DNA from: a virus
Length of the DNA stretch: 64,000 nucleotides
IMG/VR virus record: IMGVR_UViG_3300030419_004440
Location: 24,939-88,938 of that record
Strand: one strand, 5' to 3'
Within the stretch, counting starts at the first letter, position 1. The number at the start of each line of letters is the position of its first letter. The notes below the pieces were generated by a model. That model did not search any database and had not been told where the DNA came from. It worked only from the letters and a program-made list of their open reading frames with translations. Position numbers and translations under genes: made by a program. Of the stretch, positions 20,040-30,069 are shown piece after piece.

Positions 20040-20486
20040 TTACACCTTTAAAATTTCCCTTGCACTAAATTCTTTAAGAACAGGTATTCTTTGTTTTGTT
20101 AGTCTGTAAAATTCTTTTTCGTCTTCTTCGCTTTTAGCTATAACCGGCATTTTGCTGGGCAGACTTATAATTTCCATAAGTTGTCCTATGTTGCCCTTTT
20201 GAAGGTCGCCTTTTGTATATAAGTAAATCAGTTTGATTTTGTTGACCACCTTATTGGCTAAAGGTACTGAGGGTAGCGTAGCCACGACTAACGTTCCGTT
20301 GAACGACCATAACTCTGTTGAATTGAAAGTTCCAAACTTTTTTTCAGTCGCATTAAAGTCAACCTCGTTGTAAAACAGGCTTGCGTCATCCACGACCCCC
20401 TCTTCTATCCCGTCGTTAAGAAGTTTATATATTTCCCTATTAAGAGGTGTGTCCGTAGTAGCGTGGACATAAAATCCTAGGTTCAT
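20040..20486 (-). CDS. Hypothetical protein, possibly a degenerate glycosyltransferase N-domain
   Basis: ATGA overlap with fcl gives a start at 20486; Rossmann-like alternation only. Confidence 0.4.
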   Translation of the reverse strand: MNLGFYVHATTDTPLNREIYKLLNDGIEEGVVDDASLFYNEVDFNATEKKFGTFNSTELWSFNGTLVVATLPSVPLANKVVNKIKLIYLYTKGDLQKGNIGQLMEIISLPSKMPVIAKSEEDEKEFYRLTKQRIPVLKEFSAREILKV

Positions 20487-21403
20487 TTCTGTTCTCCTAA
20501 AAACCATTCTATGGTTTGCTTTAAACCTGTTTGTAAATCAGTTTTAGACTCGAAACCTAGCCTTGCTTTTGCTCTAGTGGTATCAAGACATCTGCGAGGC
20601 TGACCGTCCGGCTTAGATGTGTCATAGACGATATCCCCTTCAAAGCCCATTTGTTCTGAAATTTCAGTAACGAGATCTTTAATCTTTATTTCCGAGCCGG
20701 TACCAATGTTTATTGGGTACGGCTCAACATCTTGTTCGATAGCCAACTCAATGGCTTCAGCACAGTCTGGAGCGTATAGAAATTCTCTAGATGCTTCCCC
20801 GGTTCCCCATATAGTAACCTGACGCTCCCCCTTTTTCATCGCATTATAAAACTTTAAAATAAGTGCAGGTATAACATGACTGCTAGTCAAATTAAAATGA
20901 TCATGAGGGCCATACATGTTGACCGGTATCAAATTAACACAGTTCATGCCGTACTGTTCATGATATGTTTCCAAGAGCTTCATTAAAGCCTTCTTTGCAA
21001 TGCCATAGGGGGCGTTTGTTTCCTCCGGATAACCATTCCAAATTTGTTCTTCTTTAAACGGGATCGGCGTAAACTTTGGGTATGCACAAACCGTCCCTAG
21101 AAGAATAAACTTTTCAATGTTATGCATTCTAGATGTCTCAATCATGTTTGCACCCATAATCAAGTTCTCATACATAAACTTTCCGGGATTTTCCTGATTA
21201 GCACCAATGCCCCCAACGCTACCAGCTGCGTGAATTACAACATCTGGCTTGGACTGGGATACAAGCGTATCGCATAGGTTTTGATTTCTCAGATCCCAGT
21301 TGCTTGACCCAATAGAAACAACACTATAATCTTTGTCTACTAGATGTTTTGTTAGGCTCTTTCCTAAAAATCCCGTACCGCCAGTTACTAATACTTTTTT
21401 CAT
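20483..21403 (-). CDS. fcl: GDP-L-fucose synthase (epimerase/reductase)
   Basis: GGTGFLG, VGGIGANQ, GTVCAYPK, YGIAKK, SHVIPALI, WGTGEASREFLY, KPDGQPRR. Confidence 0.92.
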   Translation of the reverse strand: MKKVLVTGGTGFLGKSLTKHLVDKDYSVVSIGSSNWDLRNQNLCDTLVSQSKPDVVIHAAGSVGGIGANQENPGKFMYENLIMGANMIETSRMHNIEKFILLGTVCAYPKFTPIPFKEEQIWNGYPEETNAPYGIAKKALMKLLETYHEQYGMNCVNLIPVNMYGPHDHFNLTSSHVIPALILKFYNAMKKGERQVTIWGTGEASREFLYAPDCAEAIELAIEQDVEPYPINIGTGSEIKIKDLVTEISEQMGFEGDIVYDTSKPDGQPRRCLDTTRAKARLGFESKTDLQTGLKQTIEWFLGEQK

Positions 21404-21405
21404 TC

Positions 21406-21924
21406 TTACCAAGTCCTTGTACTCGGGGTTTCTGGTTCTTCGTTATCGTCTTGGTCATCTTTGGGCTCTGAACCCTCAATAGAAAAAGGCATTCCGGGGC
21501 TATCAGGAGGTAGTGTCGTTTGACTCTCGTCAACCCATGGCTCCTGATCAATTTCGTCATCCAAAACTGGAACGTCGTCCACTACCGGCTCTGGATATAC
21601 ACTTTCAAGGTAGTTATCTGGCAACGACGTATAAACACAGATTGCCTTGTTCTTAATCACCTCTTTATGCTTATGGGCTTGATTCATTGCTTCTCCAGCG
21701 TCTGGATTAGATGAAACCAGCACCATAGTTTCCGTATTCTCTGCGATCTCACAAGAAATCCCTGTGTCGTTTACGATATAAACATCGGCGTCATTCCAGT
21801 CTTTAACGATGGTCACACCGCGAAATGATGACTCTAGAGGCTTACCTTCTACAAATGCTTTCACCGGTCCGACCACAGTAACGTGATCTTCCAAAAAATC
21901 CTTTAAAGTTTCTGGGTTTCTCAT
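21406..21924 (-). CDS. Hypothetical protein with an acidic Pro-rich C-terminus
   Basis: AGGAG RBS; D/E/P-rich tail. Confidence 0.5.
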   Translation of the reverse strand: MRNPETLKDFLEDHVTVVGPVKAFVEGKPLESSFRGVTIVKDWNDADVYIVNDTGISCEIAENTETMVLVSSNPDAGEAMNQAHKHKEVIKNKAICVYTSLPDNYLESVYPEPVVDDVPVLDDEIDQEPWVDESQTTLPPDSPGMPFSIEGSEPKDDQDDNEEPETPSTRTW

Positions 21925-22788
21925 TTAGTTCTCCTTCATTGATTTGATTAAGGTCTCGATTCTTTTTTTGTACGTGTGTTCTTGGGCTAAGACATAACCG
22001 TTATTACTTATACTAGTACGGAAGTCTCCATTCTCCAATGCAAATCTTGCTTTTTCTACCATTTCATCCATATTTCTATAGGTTAGGCAGTTCTTGCCAT
22101 CCACCATTCCAAGTTCCTCGTAATGCTGATTATAACTGGTTAAAAGACATGTTTTACAACCCATAGTTTCGAAATTTCTATAGTTTATATCAATAGATAT
22201 ATTTGCATTGAAATGTATCTTGTAGCTATTGATTGCCTCAACCATTTCTTCTCCGATAACAAACTCGTCGAGTTTAAAATTGCTAAAATTATCTTTCAGT
22301 ATTTGAATTATACCTCCCCTATTGACTATGTTGCCGCAAAAACCTATTGGCCATCTCTCATCTCTTTTGGCGTCGGCTTTTGGTGGAATGTGATAGATTA
22401 CAGAATCATCGTAGCAGTTCGGGAACCATACAGAGTTTTCAACCACAAACTCAGGAGTGGCTTGAAGTATAAGGTCATAGTTTCCTTCATTTGCTGTTTT
22501 CAGATACGACTGTATACCTTTAACGTGTGCGTCTATTGACCACAAAAACTTCTTTGCCTGCACTTTGGCTAGATTTGGAACCCATCCGGTTTCGTCGTAG
22601 TTCTCAAGATTTATGATTAGGTCGTATGACTCGTAGTCGGGTTCGCCCTCGGTGTAAGAAATGTGTCCCAAACCCCAGATATCCGCCTCGTGTCCGTGGT
22701 GTATGAACGCACGTTGAGCACAAAAACATTCTCTAAAATTCCGATTTCCTTCGTGTCTTCCGTTTTCTTGTATTATTAAAGTTTTCAT
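21925..22788 (-). CDS. Glycosyltransferase, CgeB/YkvP-like (Glyco_trans_1_2)
   Basis: KIHFN..DINYRNFETMGCKTCLLT and HTYKKRI motifs. Confidence 0.8.
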   Translation of the reverse strand: MKTLIIQENGRHEGNRNFRECFCAQRAFIHHGHEADIWGLGHISYTEGEPDYESYDLIINLENYDETGWVPNLAKVQAKKFLWSIDAHVKGIQSYLKTANEGNYDLILQATPEFVVENSVWFPNCYDDSVIYHIPPKADAKRDERWPIGFCGNIVNRGGIIQILKDNFSNFKLDEFVIGEEMVEAINSYKIHFNANISIDINYRNFETMGCKTCLLTSYNQHYEELGMVDGKNCLTYRNMDEMVEKARFALENGDFRTSISNNGYVLAQEHTYKKRIETLIKSMKEN

Positions 22789-23339
22789 ATAAACTTACTT
22801 ATCCTTTCTTCCCATCCTTGAGTTGTGTTCCAGCCGTGAATCCACTGTCTTGGATGGTCTGGAGGTAAATTTGTTTCGTCGTCATAAGTGGCCTCGAATA
22901 GTTTTCGTTTAGATTCAGTTAGTTTATCTATCTTGTCGTGTTTAATTGGGTCAAATACATAAAGCTTGTTTATCTTTCCGCACTCTCTACATGCCGCCAC
23001 TACATTGTTGTGGACTTGAATATGGTGGGGGTGACCGTATTCACCGGTTGGCCCGTGCGTGAGTATCTCGTCCCAGTCTCTGCTTTCTATTATACTTTTA
23101 ATGGGGGAGAATATATCTCCGATTATGGGGGAATGGAACCCTCTGTCCTCAAACTCCATAAGCTCTACTTTTACATCTAAGTAAGAGCTAACTTTCTCTA
23201 AAAGCATAGGTATCCTGAACTTGCTTTGGGCGTCAGGTGTAACCATACACATTATAGTCCATTCGCCCTTTTCTTTTAGTAGCTTTTCGCCAGCGAATAT
23301 TACTTCGTCGTCGGCGTGTGCGGTAATCATTAACTTCAT
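22785..23339 (-). CDS. PIG-L/LmbE family N-acetylhexosamine deacetylase
   Basis: AHADDE and THGPTGEYGHPHH metal-binding motifs. Confidence 0.85.
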   Translation of the reverse strand: MKLMITAHADDEVIFAGEKLLKEKGEWTIMCMVTPDAQSKFRIPMLLEKVSSYLDVKVELMEFEDRGFHSPIIGDIFSPIKSIIESRDWDEILTHGPTGEYGHPHHIQVHNNVVAACRECGKINKLYVFDPIKHDKIDKLTESKRKLFEATYDDETNLPPDHPRQWIHGWNTTQGWEERISKFI

Positions 23340-23890
23340 TATTTTTTCCTCAAGAATCTAATGTCCCAAACGGTGCCGTGAGTAGGGCACTCAATGGTCT
23401 CTATTTTTTTATAACCCATAAAATCAACAAGTTCAAAGTGTGGATATATGCTTTCTTCAAAATTAATAATGTATTCTGGATCGTCCTCTATTCTGTCTCC
23501 GTGTAGTACCCATATGCCTTCCCTTTTCAATAAAGATAGGATATTATTGACATATACCTTTTGATCGTCTTGTGAGAATTTTGTTCCATTCCAGCAGAAA
23601 ACCCCAATGTCAAAAATTAAGTCGAATGAGCCCTCTTGTTTGGGGTATTTAAGCATCACATCCTGTATACCGCAATGTAAAAACCCATCGTTTGCTCCAT
23701 AGTTTTTAGTAGGATCTAGCTGCCAGTATTCCACATTCCCGTTGTTTATAAGTTCTTTACAAACCGAGTTGTATCTTTCGACCCCTATGTCTAAAACTCT
23801 ACCAAAGTCTAGGTACCTACCAACATCTTTATAGACTTCCTTAAGAAAAATCCTGTCTGTTATTTTTTCCCACCATTGTCTAGATTCCAT
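23339..23890 (-). CDS. Class I SAM-dependent methyltransferase-like protein
   Basis: VLDIGV motif I, FDLI, LLKREG. Confidence 0.65.
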   Translation of the reverse strand: MESRQWWEKITDRIFLKEVYKDVGRYLDFGRVLDIGVERYNSVCKELINNGNVEYWQLDPTKNYGANDGFLHCGIQDVMLKYPKQEGSFDLIFDIGVFCWNGTKFSQDDQKVYVNNILSLLKREGIWVLHGDRIEDDPEYIINFEESIYPHFELVDFMGYKKIETIECPTHGTVWDIRFLRKK

Positions 23891-24626
23891 TATACCACTC
23901 CATGTTTCCAGTTTTGTTGTACCATATAAGGGGTGCGTCTGTTAGGGCAGACTTGTTGAAGTAAAACAGTGTGTCCATACAGAAATCATAGTCATACGAA
24001 ACATCCATGTCCCACTCCCAGTTTATAACATCCGTGACGCTTTTTAGTATGCACAGAGATCCTCCAGTAATCTTCATGTTAAACCCTGAGCCGTACGGCA
24101 GGGAGTTGCCTGACCTGTCATATACTTTTCTTGGTCTTTTAGCCCTTGTTCTTTCTTCCTGTGGCACCTCCAACAGGTCAGGAAAATATAAATGGAACAT
24201 TTCGCTGGACTCTAACACCTCTGCTTGTTGTATTGTCTCAAACCGTTCTTCAAAAGAGTAACCATGATTTAAATGATTGATGCCAAGGTCTTGAAACAAT
24301 TGGGTTACTACCTGTACCCTTTGAGGGTGAGCTAGATCGTCTGAATCATTATAAAGTATTAGTTCATTACTGGCCACTTTAGTTCCCTCGCCTCTGTTTG
24401 GACCTTCAGGAACTACTCTGTCGTGAGTAATTATTTCTATGTTTTCAAAAGATTCCTTGTACTTGCTCTTTAGCTGCTCTATGTCGGACGGGTCTACCAA
24501 GTGACCGTTTGCAACAGAAATTACAACCTCGTTTGGTTTAAGAGTTTGCCTTACATAGCTAGTTAACACTTTGTCCAAGTATTTAAAATGATTATTTGTG
24601 GATGGTATTACTATTGATGTTTTCAT
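23880..24626 (-). CDS. GT2 glycosyltransferase
   Basis: SIVIP start, NRG, YNDSDD (DxDD); real start at 24626 by ATGA overlap. Confidence 0.8.
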   Translation of the reverse strand: MKTSIVIPSTNNHFKYLDKVLTSYVRQTLKPNEVVISVANGHLVDPSDIEQLKSKYKESFENIEIITHDRVVPEGPNRGEGTKVASNELILYNDSDDLAHPQRVQVVTQLFQDLGINHLNHGYSFEERFETIQQAEVLESSEMFHLYFPDLLEVPQEERTRAKRPRKVYDRSGNSLPYGSGFNMKITGGSLCILKSVTDVINWEWDMDVSYDYDFCMDTLFYFNKSALTDAPLIWYNKTGNMEWYNGI

Positions 24627-25375
24627 AGATAATTCACGCAATCTGGATATGGAAGATCTTTGTCTATTTTGTCTGTATACTTTAGTGTGAGTGGGTGTAA
24701 GATGTTTCCACATATGACAGCCCAAGGTATCGGATACTTTGATTTTTCACCTGTCTCTGGAATTACGTGTCCATACGCATCTCTTGCCCATTGGCCCGGA
24801 TGCTTCTTAAGCTCAGGTAGGTAGCCGTCCATTTTTTCTTTTAAGCCATTCCACCAGTCAAGCGTTAGGTCTGTGTTTGGCCTAAAAATAAATCCGCCAT
24901 TTCCTATGAGCTTGTACCAGTTATCTCTTACATGAAACGATGACCATCTACCCTCTTCGTCCAGTGTAAAATCCCTACAAAAAACAGAGTCGTTTGGATC
25001 TAGACGGCAGTTTTCTATTCTTGCAACACCGTCAACTGACGCTTCAGCATATCCTATACCAATTAAGCCTTCGTTGTCAATCATCCTCTGCAAAAAAGGA
25101 CTCCAAGATACTGATGTGTCTTTCACGTCTGCATAGCCGCCTCCAAAATGGTGCATGTAGTAACCCTTGAGGTAGTCCCCCTTTTGAATTGGTGATAGAT
25201 ACTCGTACCCTTCGTGCAATTCTTCTAAAGACTCAATCTCATCGTTGCGAACTAGCCTAACTGAGCAGTCACTATTCTTTTCACAAAAGCCGTCGAAGGC
25301 TCTTTTTCTGGTGTCAGACATGTCATTTTCACCAGTCCAGAACATCCAGATTGTTTTTTCCTTTAAATAGTCCAC
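24623..25375 (-). CDS. GT32-like/capsular polysaccharide synthesis glycosyltransferase
   Basis: IWMFWTG, KGDYLK, HHFGGGYAD. Confidence 0.7.
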   Translation of the reverse strand: MDYLKEKTIWMFWTGENDMSDTRKRAFDGFCEKNSDCSVRLVRNDEIESLEELHEGYEYLSPIQKGDYLKGYYMHHFGGGYADVKDTSVSWSPFLQRMIDNEGLIGIGYAEASVDGVARIENCRLDPNDSVFCRDFTLDEEGRWSSFHVRDNWYKLIGNGGFIFRPNTDLTLDWWNGLKEKMDGYLPELKKHPGQWARDAYGHVIPETGEKSKYPIPWAVICGNILHPLTLKYTDKIDKDLPYPDCVNYL

Positions 25376-26283
25376 TATAGAATCCCTTTCTCTTTTAGTA
25401 GCTTATCCGTTCTTTTTCTGAGCAAATCAAATTTTGAACCCTCTTGGATGTCTCTGTGTTTATTGGAGCTATTGTGCCAATGCCAAGCAAAAGCGTCTAA
25501 GAAAAGAAAATCCCTATCGGATTCTACTTTATCAAATCCGTGACCTACGATAGATCTGAATTCTGGATCTGTTTGGTTCATTAGCCACTCCGTGTTAAAG
25601 ATTGTAGACGGGAAGATTGTGAAGTTAGGCCACTCCCGCCACAGTTTTGCAAACGTATCTTTTCCCCAAATCGTGGTGTCACCTACGGTTGGCATCGTCT
25701 TTAATGTCTCTATCAGCCTGTAAGAAAACTCGCTTTGCTTTTTCAACGCAAGCACAGTTGCACAAGCACCTTGCACCCCATAGTTGGTCTCAGAACCCCA
25801 CTGGTACATATACTCTTGATCCAAAATAGCTTTGAAGTCTCTTAAAAATACAATATCCATATCTGCCCAAACTCCTCCGTACTTGTGCAGGATTAATATT
25901 CTAAACAAGTCTGATTTTAGATAGTACTTGCTGTCAGATGCGTCTAGTTTTGCGTGTTCGTGTTCTAGTGGAGTTCCTATCGCTTCCGCTCTTGCGTCGT
26001 ACAGCTTGAGTTCTACGTAATCCATGTAAGGTTTTAAAAGCTCATTGTCGGAAATGTCGTAATCTGACCACAGTATTAGCTTTGTCTTTTCAAGATTCTG
26101 TGTAGCCAAAAAAGACTTCACACATTCAAGCTCCTTGTCGGTTTTAATTTCCGTATATATGTGGAAGGGGACGACTTCTTCTGGGTAGTCATATTCTTCG
26201 TCCTTCACATTCGAGAAAAACTCTAGACCTTTTGCGTAGTCAACGTATAGTTCAGGATTTTTTTCATACGATAGATTAATCAT
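25375..26283 (-). CDS. GT32 (Gly_transf_sug, DxD) glycosyltransferase
   Basis: KSDLFRILILHKYGGVWADMD; HWHN C-terminal motif. Confidence 0.85.
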   Translation of the reverse strand: MINLSYEKNPELYVDYAKGLEFFSNVKDEEYDYPEEVVPFHIYTEIKTDKELECVKSFLATQNLEKTKLILWSDYDISDNELLKPYMDYVELKLYDARAEAIGTPLEHEHAKLDASDSKYYLKSDLFRILILHKYGGVWADMDIVFLRDFKAILDQEYMYQWGSETNYGVQGACATVLALKKQSEFSYRLIETLKTMPTVGDTTIWGKDTFAKLWREWPNFTIFPSTIFNTEWLMNQTDPEFRSIVGHGFDKVESDRDFLFLDAFAWHWHNSSNKHRDIQEGSKFDLLRKRTDKLLKEKGIL

Positions 26284-27061
26284 TTATTATCTCCATTGTT
26301 GTTTTGAAAGAACCGTCTACTGAACAATTTTTCTCAAACCATTCTATACAGGCCTCTGACATTTGTTTTATTTTTTCTGGCGATGAGTTTATAGCTTCTA
26401 CCATTTCTTCAGCGTCTTTAACGTAGAAATAGTGCTCGTCTTGAGCTGGCGGATTGGCGTAAAATCTTACGGCATCCTTATTAATTACAATCGGAATAAC
26501 TCCCAACCCCATGTATTCCACGTCTCTTAGGCATTTAGGACCAACACCGGGAAGGCAAAGTCCAAACTTAGCTGACGCACAAGCTCTCAAATACTCAACG
26601 TGAGGCAATCCACCCCTAAAGCTCCACAGGTCGCAGTGGGCTAACCAGTATGGTGCTGCTTCATTTCTTTCTCTGTTTGTTGGCGTTCCGATAAATACGC
26701 AGTGATAATCTTTCTTGGCCTGCCTAAGATCTAGTTTCAGTTCATCAAATACTCTTGAATGTTTAGGCCAAAAAATCCACTTCTTGCTACCTTCACCTTC
26801 TTTGTACGTATTAGAAAAAAGACACTGCTTGTACTCGTTTTTTAACCTATCTAAGATCGGAAAGTCGTACAGCAGCACATTACCCTGTTCTTCTACCCAA
26901 CACTTTGCCTCCGGAGAGTCGGGGTCTTCCATGTATCCTTCAGATCGTTTATTTGGCCCCTGTTCGATGGTGCAGAAACCTCTCTCAGACCACATATCCA
27001 ACAACTCTCTGAAAGAGGAGCCGTCATGACCACCGATTGATGGCTTAATTATCTTAACCAT
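26276..27061 (-). CDS. Exostosin-like (GT47-like) glycosyltransferase
   Basis: SAKFGLCLPGVG..CLRDVEYMGLGVIPI resembles the exostosin S-x-F-C-L-x-P-x-G...R-x-x-E...G-x-I-P motif. Confidence 0.55.
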   Translation of the reverse strand: MVKIIKPSIGGHDGSSFRELLDMWSERGFCTIEQGPNKRSEGYMEDPDSPEAKCWVEEQGNVLLYDFPILDRLKNEYKQCLFSNTYKEGEGSKKWIFWPKHSRVFDELKLDLRQAKKDYHCVFIGTPTNRERNEAAPYWLAHCDLWSFRGGLPHVEYLRACASAKFGLCLPGVGPKCLRDVEYMGLGVIPIVINKDAVRFYANPPAQDEHYFYVKDAEEMVEAINSSPEKIKQMSEACIEWFEKNCSVDGSFKTTMEIIND

Positions 27062-27740
27062 AGCTAACAACCTCCCAGTTATTTTTTAAGGAGAACCCCA
27101 TGCCGTGAGACGCCTTAATGTCATGAAAATACAGTTTATTTTTAAGTTTCATGCTGTCTATTAGATGAGTAAAAGAAGAGCTTATACCGTGTATCTCTTT
27201 TGCGTTTTCTATAACGCCCATCCAGTCGAAGATGCTCTTTTCAGATTTCAACCTATCCGGTTTTACCTGTCTGAGACCACTGTTGATGTTAAGATTATAG
27301 TTTCCAACGCTAGACTTGTCGTGAACAAAAATGTACTCCCCGTCCAAGTTTAGCTCACTAATTAGTCTCTGTTCTTGCTCAATATCTCTTTCTAGACACC
27401 AAGAATCCCAACGCTCTTTAAATGGAACGTTAACGGATTCATAAAATGACCTATCAAATTCATGATTTCTACACCTTTCAAACCCCACCCTTAGAAGCGG
27501 TGTTGATTTTAAGTTTGAGTTATATTCTTCAATAAACTCTTTGTCCTCTTCGACAACAAAAAAACTGACCTGTGGAAGATCAGAAAACATTCGTTTAACA
27601 TTATTTAAATTGGACTTCTTTACAACTAAAGATACACTGTTGAAAGCATAAGCTTTGACTACATATCTAACTATACCGTTGCATATGATGTGATCCCCCA
27701 ATCCCAAGTGGTGGTGGATAAAACATTCAATAGGCTTCAT
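27054..27740 (-). CDS. GT-B fold glycosyltransferase-like protein (GLGD motif)
   Basis: HHHLGLGDHIICNG and ENAKEIHGISSSF motifs, as in phage GT9/fucosyltransferase-like proteins. Confidence 0.55.
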   Translation of the reverse strand: MKPIECFIHHHLGLGDHIICNGIVRYVVKAYAFNSVSLVVKKSNLNNVKRMFSDLPQVSFFVVEEDKEFIEEYNSNLKSTPLLRVGFERCRNHEFDRSFYESVNVPFKERWDSWCLERDIEQEQRLISELNLDGEYIFVHDKSSVGNYNLNINSGLRQVKPDRLKSEKSIFDWMGVIENAKEIHGISSSFTHLIDSMKLKNKLYFHDIKASHGMGFSLKNNWEVVSYG

Positions 27741-28098
27741 ACGACTTTTCCTCAAAGATATTAGATCCAGACAATTCGTTTATAACCCTCTTCGCTTTAA
27801 AACGTTCATCATTGGTAAAATAAACGGATCGTGCTAGCTGAATAAACTCGTCATCAAACTGCCTGTTTCTTTCCTTTTCCCTTATTTGATCTTCTATTCC
27901 CCACAACGTCCTGTTTATGTTATGCAATCTAACAAACTCTTTGCTGTCTCTGGCGACTATGCCATCTGCAATATGGCCTATTTCATCAATTTCTTTCTGT
28001 ACATTCTGTAACTTGTCTTCATTTTTAATAGCTTCTTTTTTTATCAGTAAAATGGTCAGCTTATCGACTATCTCCCCGTTGGATACTTCTATTTTCAT
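27727..28098 (-). CDS. DUF6165-like protein
   Basis: IEVSNGEIVDKLTIL..LWGIEDQIR..ARSVYFTNDER..EEKSY. Confidence 0.75.
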   Translation of the reverse strand: MKIEVSNGEIVDKLTILLIKKEAIKNEDKLQNVQKEIDEIGHIADGIVARDSKEFVRLHNINRTLWGIEDQIREKERNRQFDDEFIQLARSVYFTNDERFKAKRVINELSGSNIFEEKSYEAY

Positions 28099-28730
28099 TA
28101 TTGAAACTCCGGCTCGTCAAACTGATTATAAACTTGACCAACGAAATTCATATTAGTCCTAGCGGGCGAATTAGAGGGAAAAGGTTTTTTCTCGAAAAAC
28201 TCGTCGTGTACAAGTGCCTCTTCTTTTACTACTGGGTATATAACTTCTCTTAGAAAGTTTTGGTCTACCTGATATTTGTCATCAAACGCCTTTTTGTCGT
28301 ATTCATATATCATTTCTTTGATGCCCTTAAGTATCCCGTTTCTAGCACCCCACATTCCGCCCAAGATTTCTGTCGCGTGATATGGGTGGTCTCGTATTAT
28401 ATGAAAGTCTTTGTCGCTTTTTAGCCAGTCGTCTATGGCCGCCTTTTCCCTTTCCCCAAGTCTGGAGTCTGTGTCTCTAGATATAACCACGTCGTGAGAG
28501 TCGGCAGCAAAGAACCTCCAAAACATGCCGTTCCAACCGGATTCGGACATGATCAAGCATTCGGCGTCTAGATCGCAGAGTGTTTTTATTATATACTCTG
28601 GAACATCTGGGCCTATATAAAACCTACAAACCCAGTCCGGAAACATGTCCTTTGCTATTTGAACGTTTTTTACGGCACCCATTGTGTACTTTGGGTCGTC
28701 ACCCCAAAGACTGAATGATATTATCTTCAT
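28098..28730 (-). CDS. Conserved putative GT-A glycosyltransferase
   Basis: IISFSLWG..KY, GMFWRF, SRDTDSR (DxD), RDHPYH, GGMWG, DQNFL. Confidence 0.7.
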   Translation of the reverse strand: MKIISFSLWGDDPKYTMGAVKNVQIAKDMFPDWVCRFYIGPDVPEYIIKTLCDLDAECLIMSESGWNGMFWRFFAADSHDVVISRDTDSRLGEREKAAIDDWLKSDKDFHIIRDHPYHATEILGGMWGARNGILKGIKEMIYEYDKKAFDDKYQVDQNFLREVIYPVVKEEALVHDEFFEKKPFPSNSPARTNMNFVGQVYNQFDEPEFQ

Positions 28731-29350
28731 TAATATCTCCTGCAAAGGCATTGGTAAGGCCTTTCGCTTTCCATGGTTACAACTTCGTCTCTTTCTACAT
28801 TATAGCAGGAGAAACCGTTATCCTCAATCAAAATTTTTCTAATTTCTGGCCAAAGCTCGTTCGAGTGATTTTCAATAAGAATTGTTTTTGTTTTTTTGAT
28901 GGATTGCTCCATGCCGTGCAACACCTTTAATTCAGCACCTTCGACATCTATTTTTATAAAAGATATCTCATCTTCATCTTTAAGTAATTCGTCAAGAGTC
29001 ATAGACTTTATTTCGCCCACCTTGACGTTTGGAACATTTGATGTGCTGTATCCAATTATATTGTGTACCTCACTACTGTCCCCAAGATAAACGTCTTCTG
29101 TTCCGTTTTTATCTGAAATTGCAGCGTTCACAAATTCAATATTATTGCAGTGACCGAAACGCATTTCTAGGCTTGAAAATGTCTGGGGAAAAAGCTCTAC
29201 GCAATAAATCTTGCCAGTGTTACCTAGAATCCTAGAAAAAAACGAGGTGTACGAACCGTGGCAAGCACCTACGTCTACAACAACGTCGCCTAAACTTATC
29301 AGGGATTCTTTACTTATTAAGTCGAAATTTTTTACGTCGTGATTATCCAT
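28730..29350 (-). CDS. FkbM family methyltransferase
   Basis: VDVGACHG and FIKIDVEGAE motifs. Confidence 0.88.
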   Translation of the reverse strand: MDNHDVKNFDLISKESLISLGDVVVDVGACHGSYTSFFSRILGNTGKIYCVELFPQTFSSLEMRFGHCNNIEFVNAAISDKNGTEDVYLGDSSEVHNIIGYSTSNVPNVKVGEIKSMTLDELLKDEDEISFIKIDVEGAELKVLHGMEQSIKKTKTILIENHSNELWPEIRKILIEDNGFSCYNVERDEVVTMESERPYQCLCRRY

Positions 29351-29358
29351 TATTATTC

Positions 29359-30069
29359 CTAGTCTACTGTTATTTTGTTTTTGGGAAAGCCCATTTCTTT
29401 TCGTTTAATGAACACGTAGTGATCTCTTCCTGAGTAGTGGAGAGTTTTTTGAGCGGCAAGATCGAGATCACCCTCGTTTTGCGTCCCCTTAACGCTGTAG
29501 TGCTCGTGCGTTATGATTATTTTGTCTATGTATTGCTCTCTCCCCATGTCTCTCACGACTTCGGTAAATTCATCGTCACAATATAGACTCTTGTAGTCTG
29601 GGTGATAGATATAACCGAAACGTTCGTAGAGCTTTCTTCCAAGTATGGAAAAAGTTATTAATTTACCGTGAGTGTTTCCGTCATCGAAGTGAACGCAGCC
29701 GTCTAGGTCTGGAAAGTGTTCATCCATAGCTTCGGATATTTCCTTGTCCCAGCCGTCAACTTTGGGCACCATGTCGTCAGAAGCACAAACTAAGACATCA
29801 AATTCCAGCCCATCTATGTGATTGTTTATGGCACTAATTTTTTCTGTCCCGTAGTCATACCAAAGGTTGTACTTAACGTTCGGTTTCTTAGAAAAAATGT
29901 AGTCTACCCTTTGTTGTACATAAGGGTCTTTCATGGTCTCATCTTCTGAGTCACAGTTTATGTTGAATTCCAATTCGTTAGAGTCGCTAGACATCATTAC
30001 GTATTGATTTAAAACTTCTAAAAACTTGTTGGCTCTTGCAAAGGTGGGAAATTGAACTAATAACTTCAT
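29359..30069 (-). CDS. GT2-like glycosyltransferase
   Basis: PTFAR, KISAIN, ASDDM, YCDDE, HEH motifs. Confidence 0.7.
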   Translation of the reverse strand: MKLLVQFPTFARANKFLEVLNQYVMMSSDSNELEFNINCDSEDETMKDPYVQQRVDYIFSKKPNVKYNLWYDYGTEKISAINNHIDGLEFDVLVCASDDMVPKVDGWDKEISEAMDEHFPDLDGCVHFDDGNTHGKLITFSILGRKLYERFGYIYHPDYKSLYCDDEFTEVVRDMGREQYIDKIIITHEHYSVKGTQNEGDLDLAAQKTLHYSGRDHYVFIKRKEMGFPKNKITVD

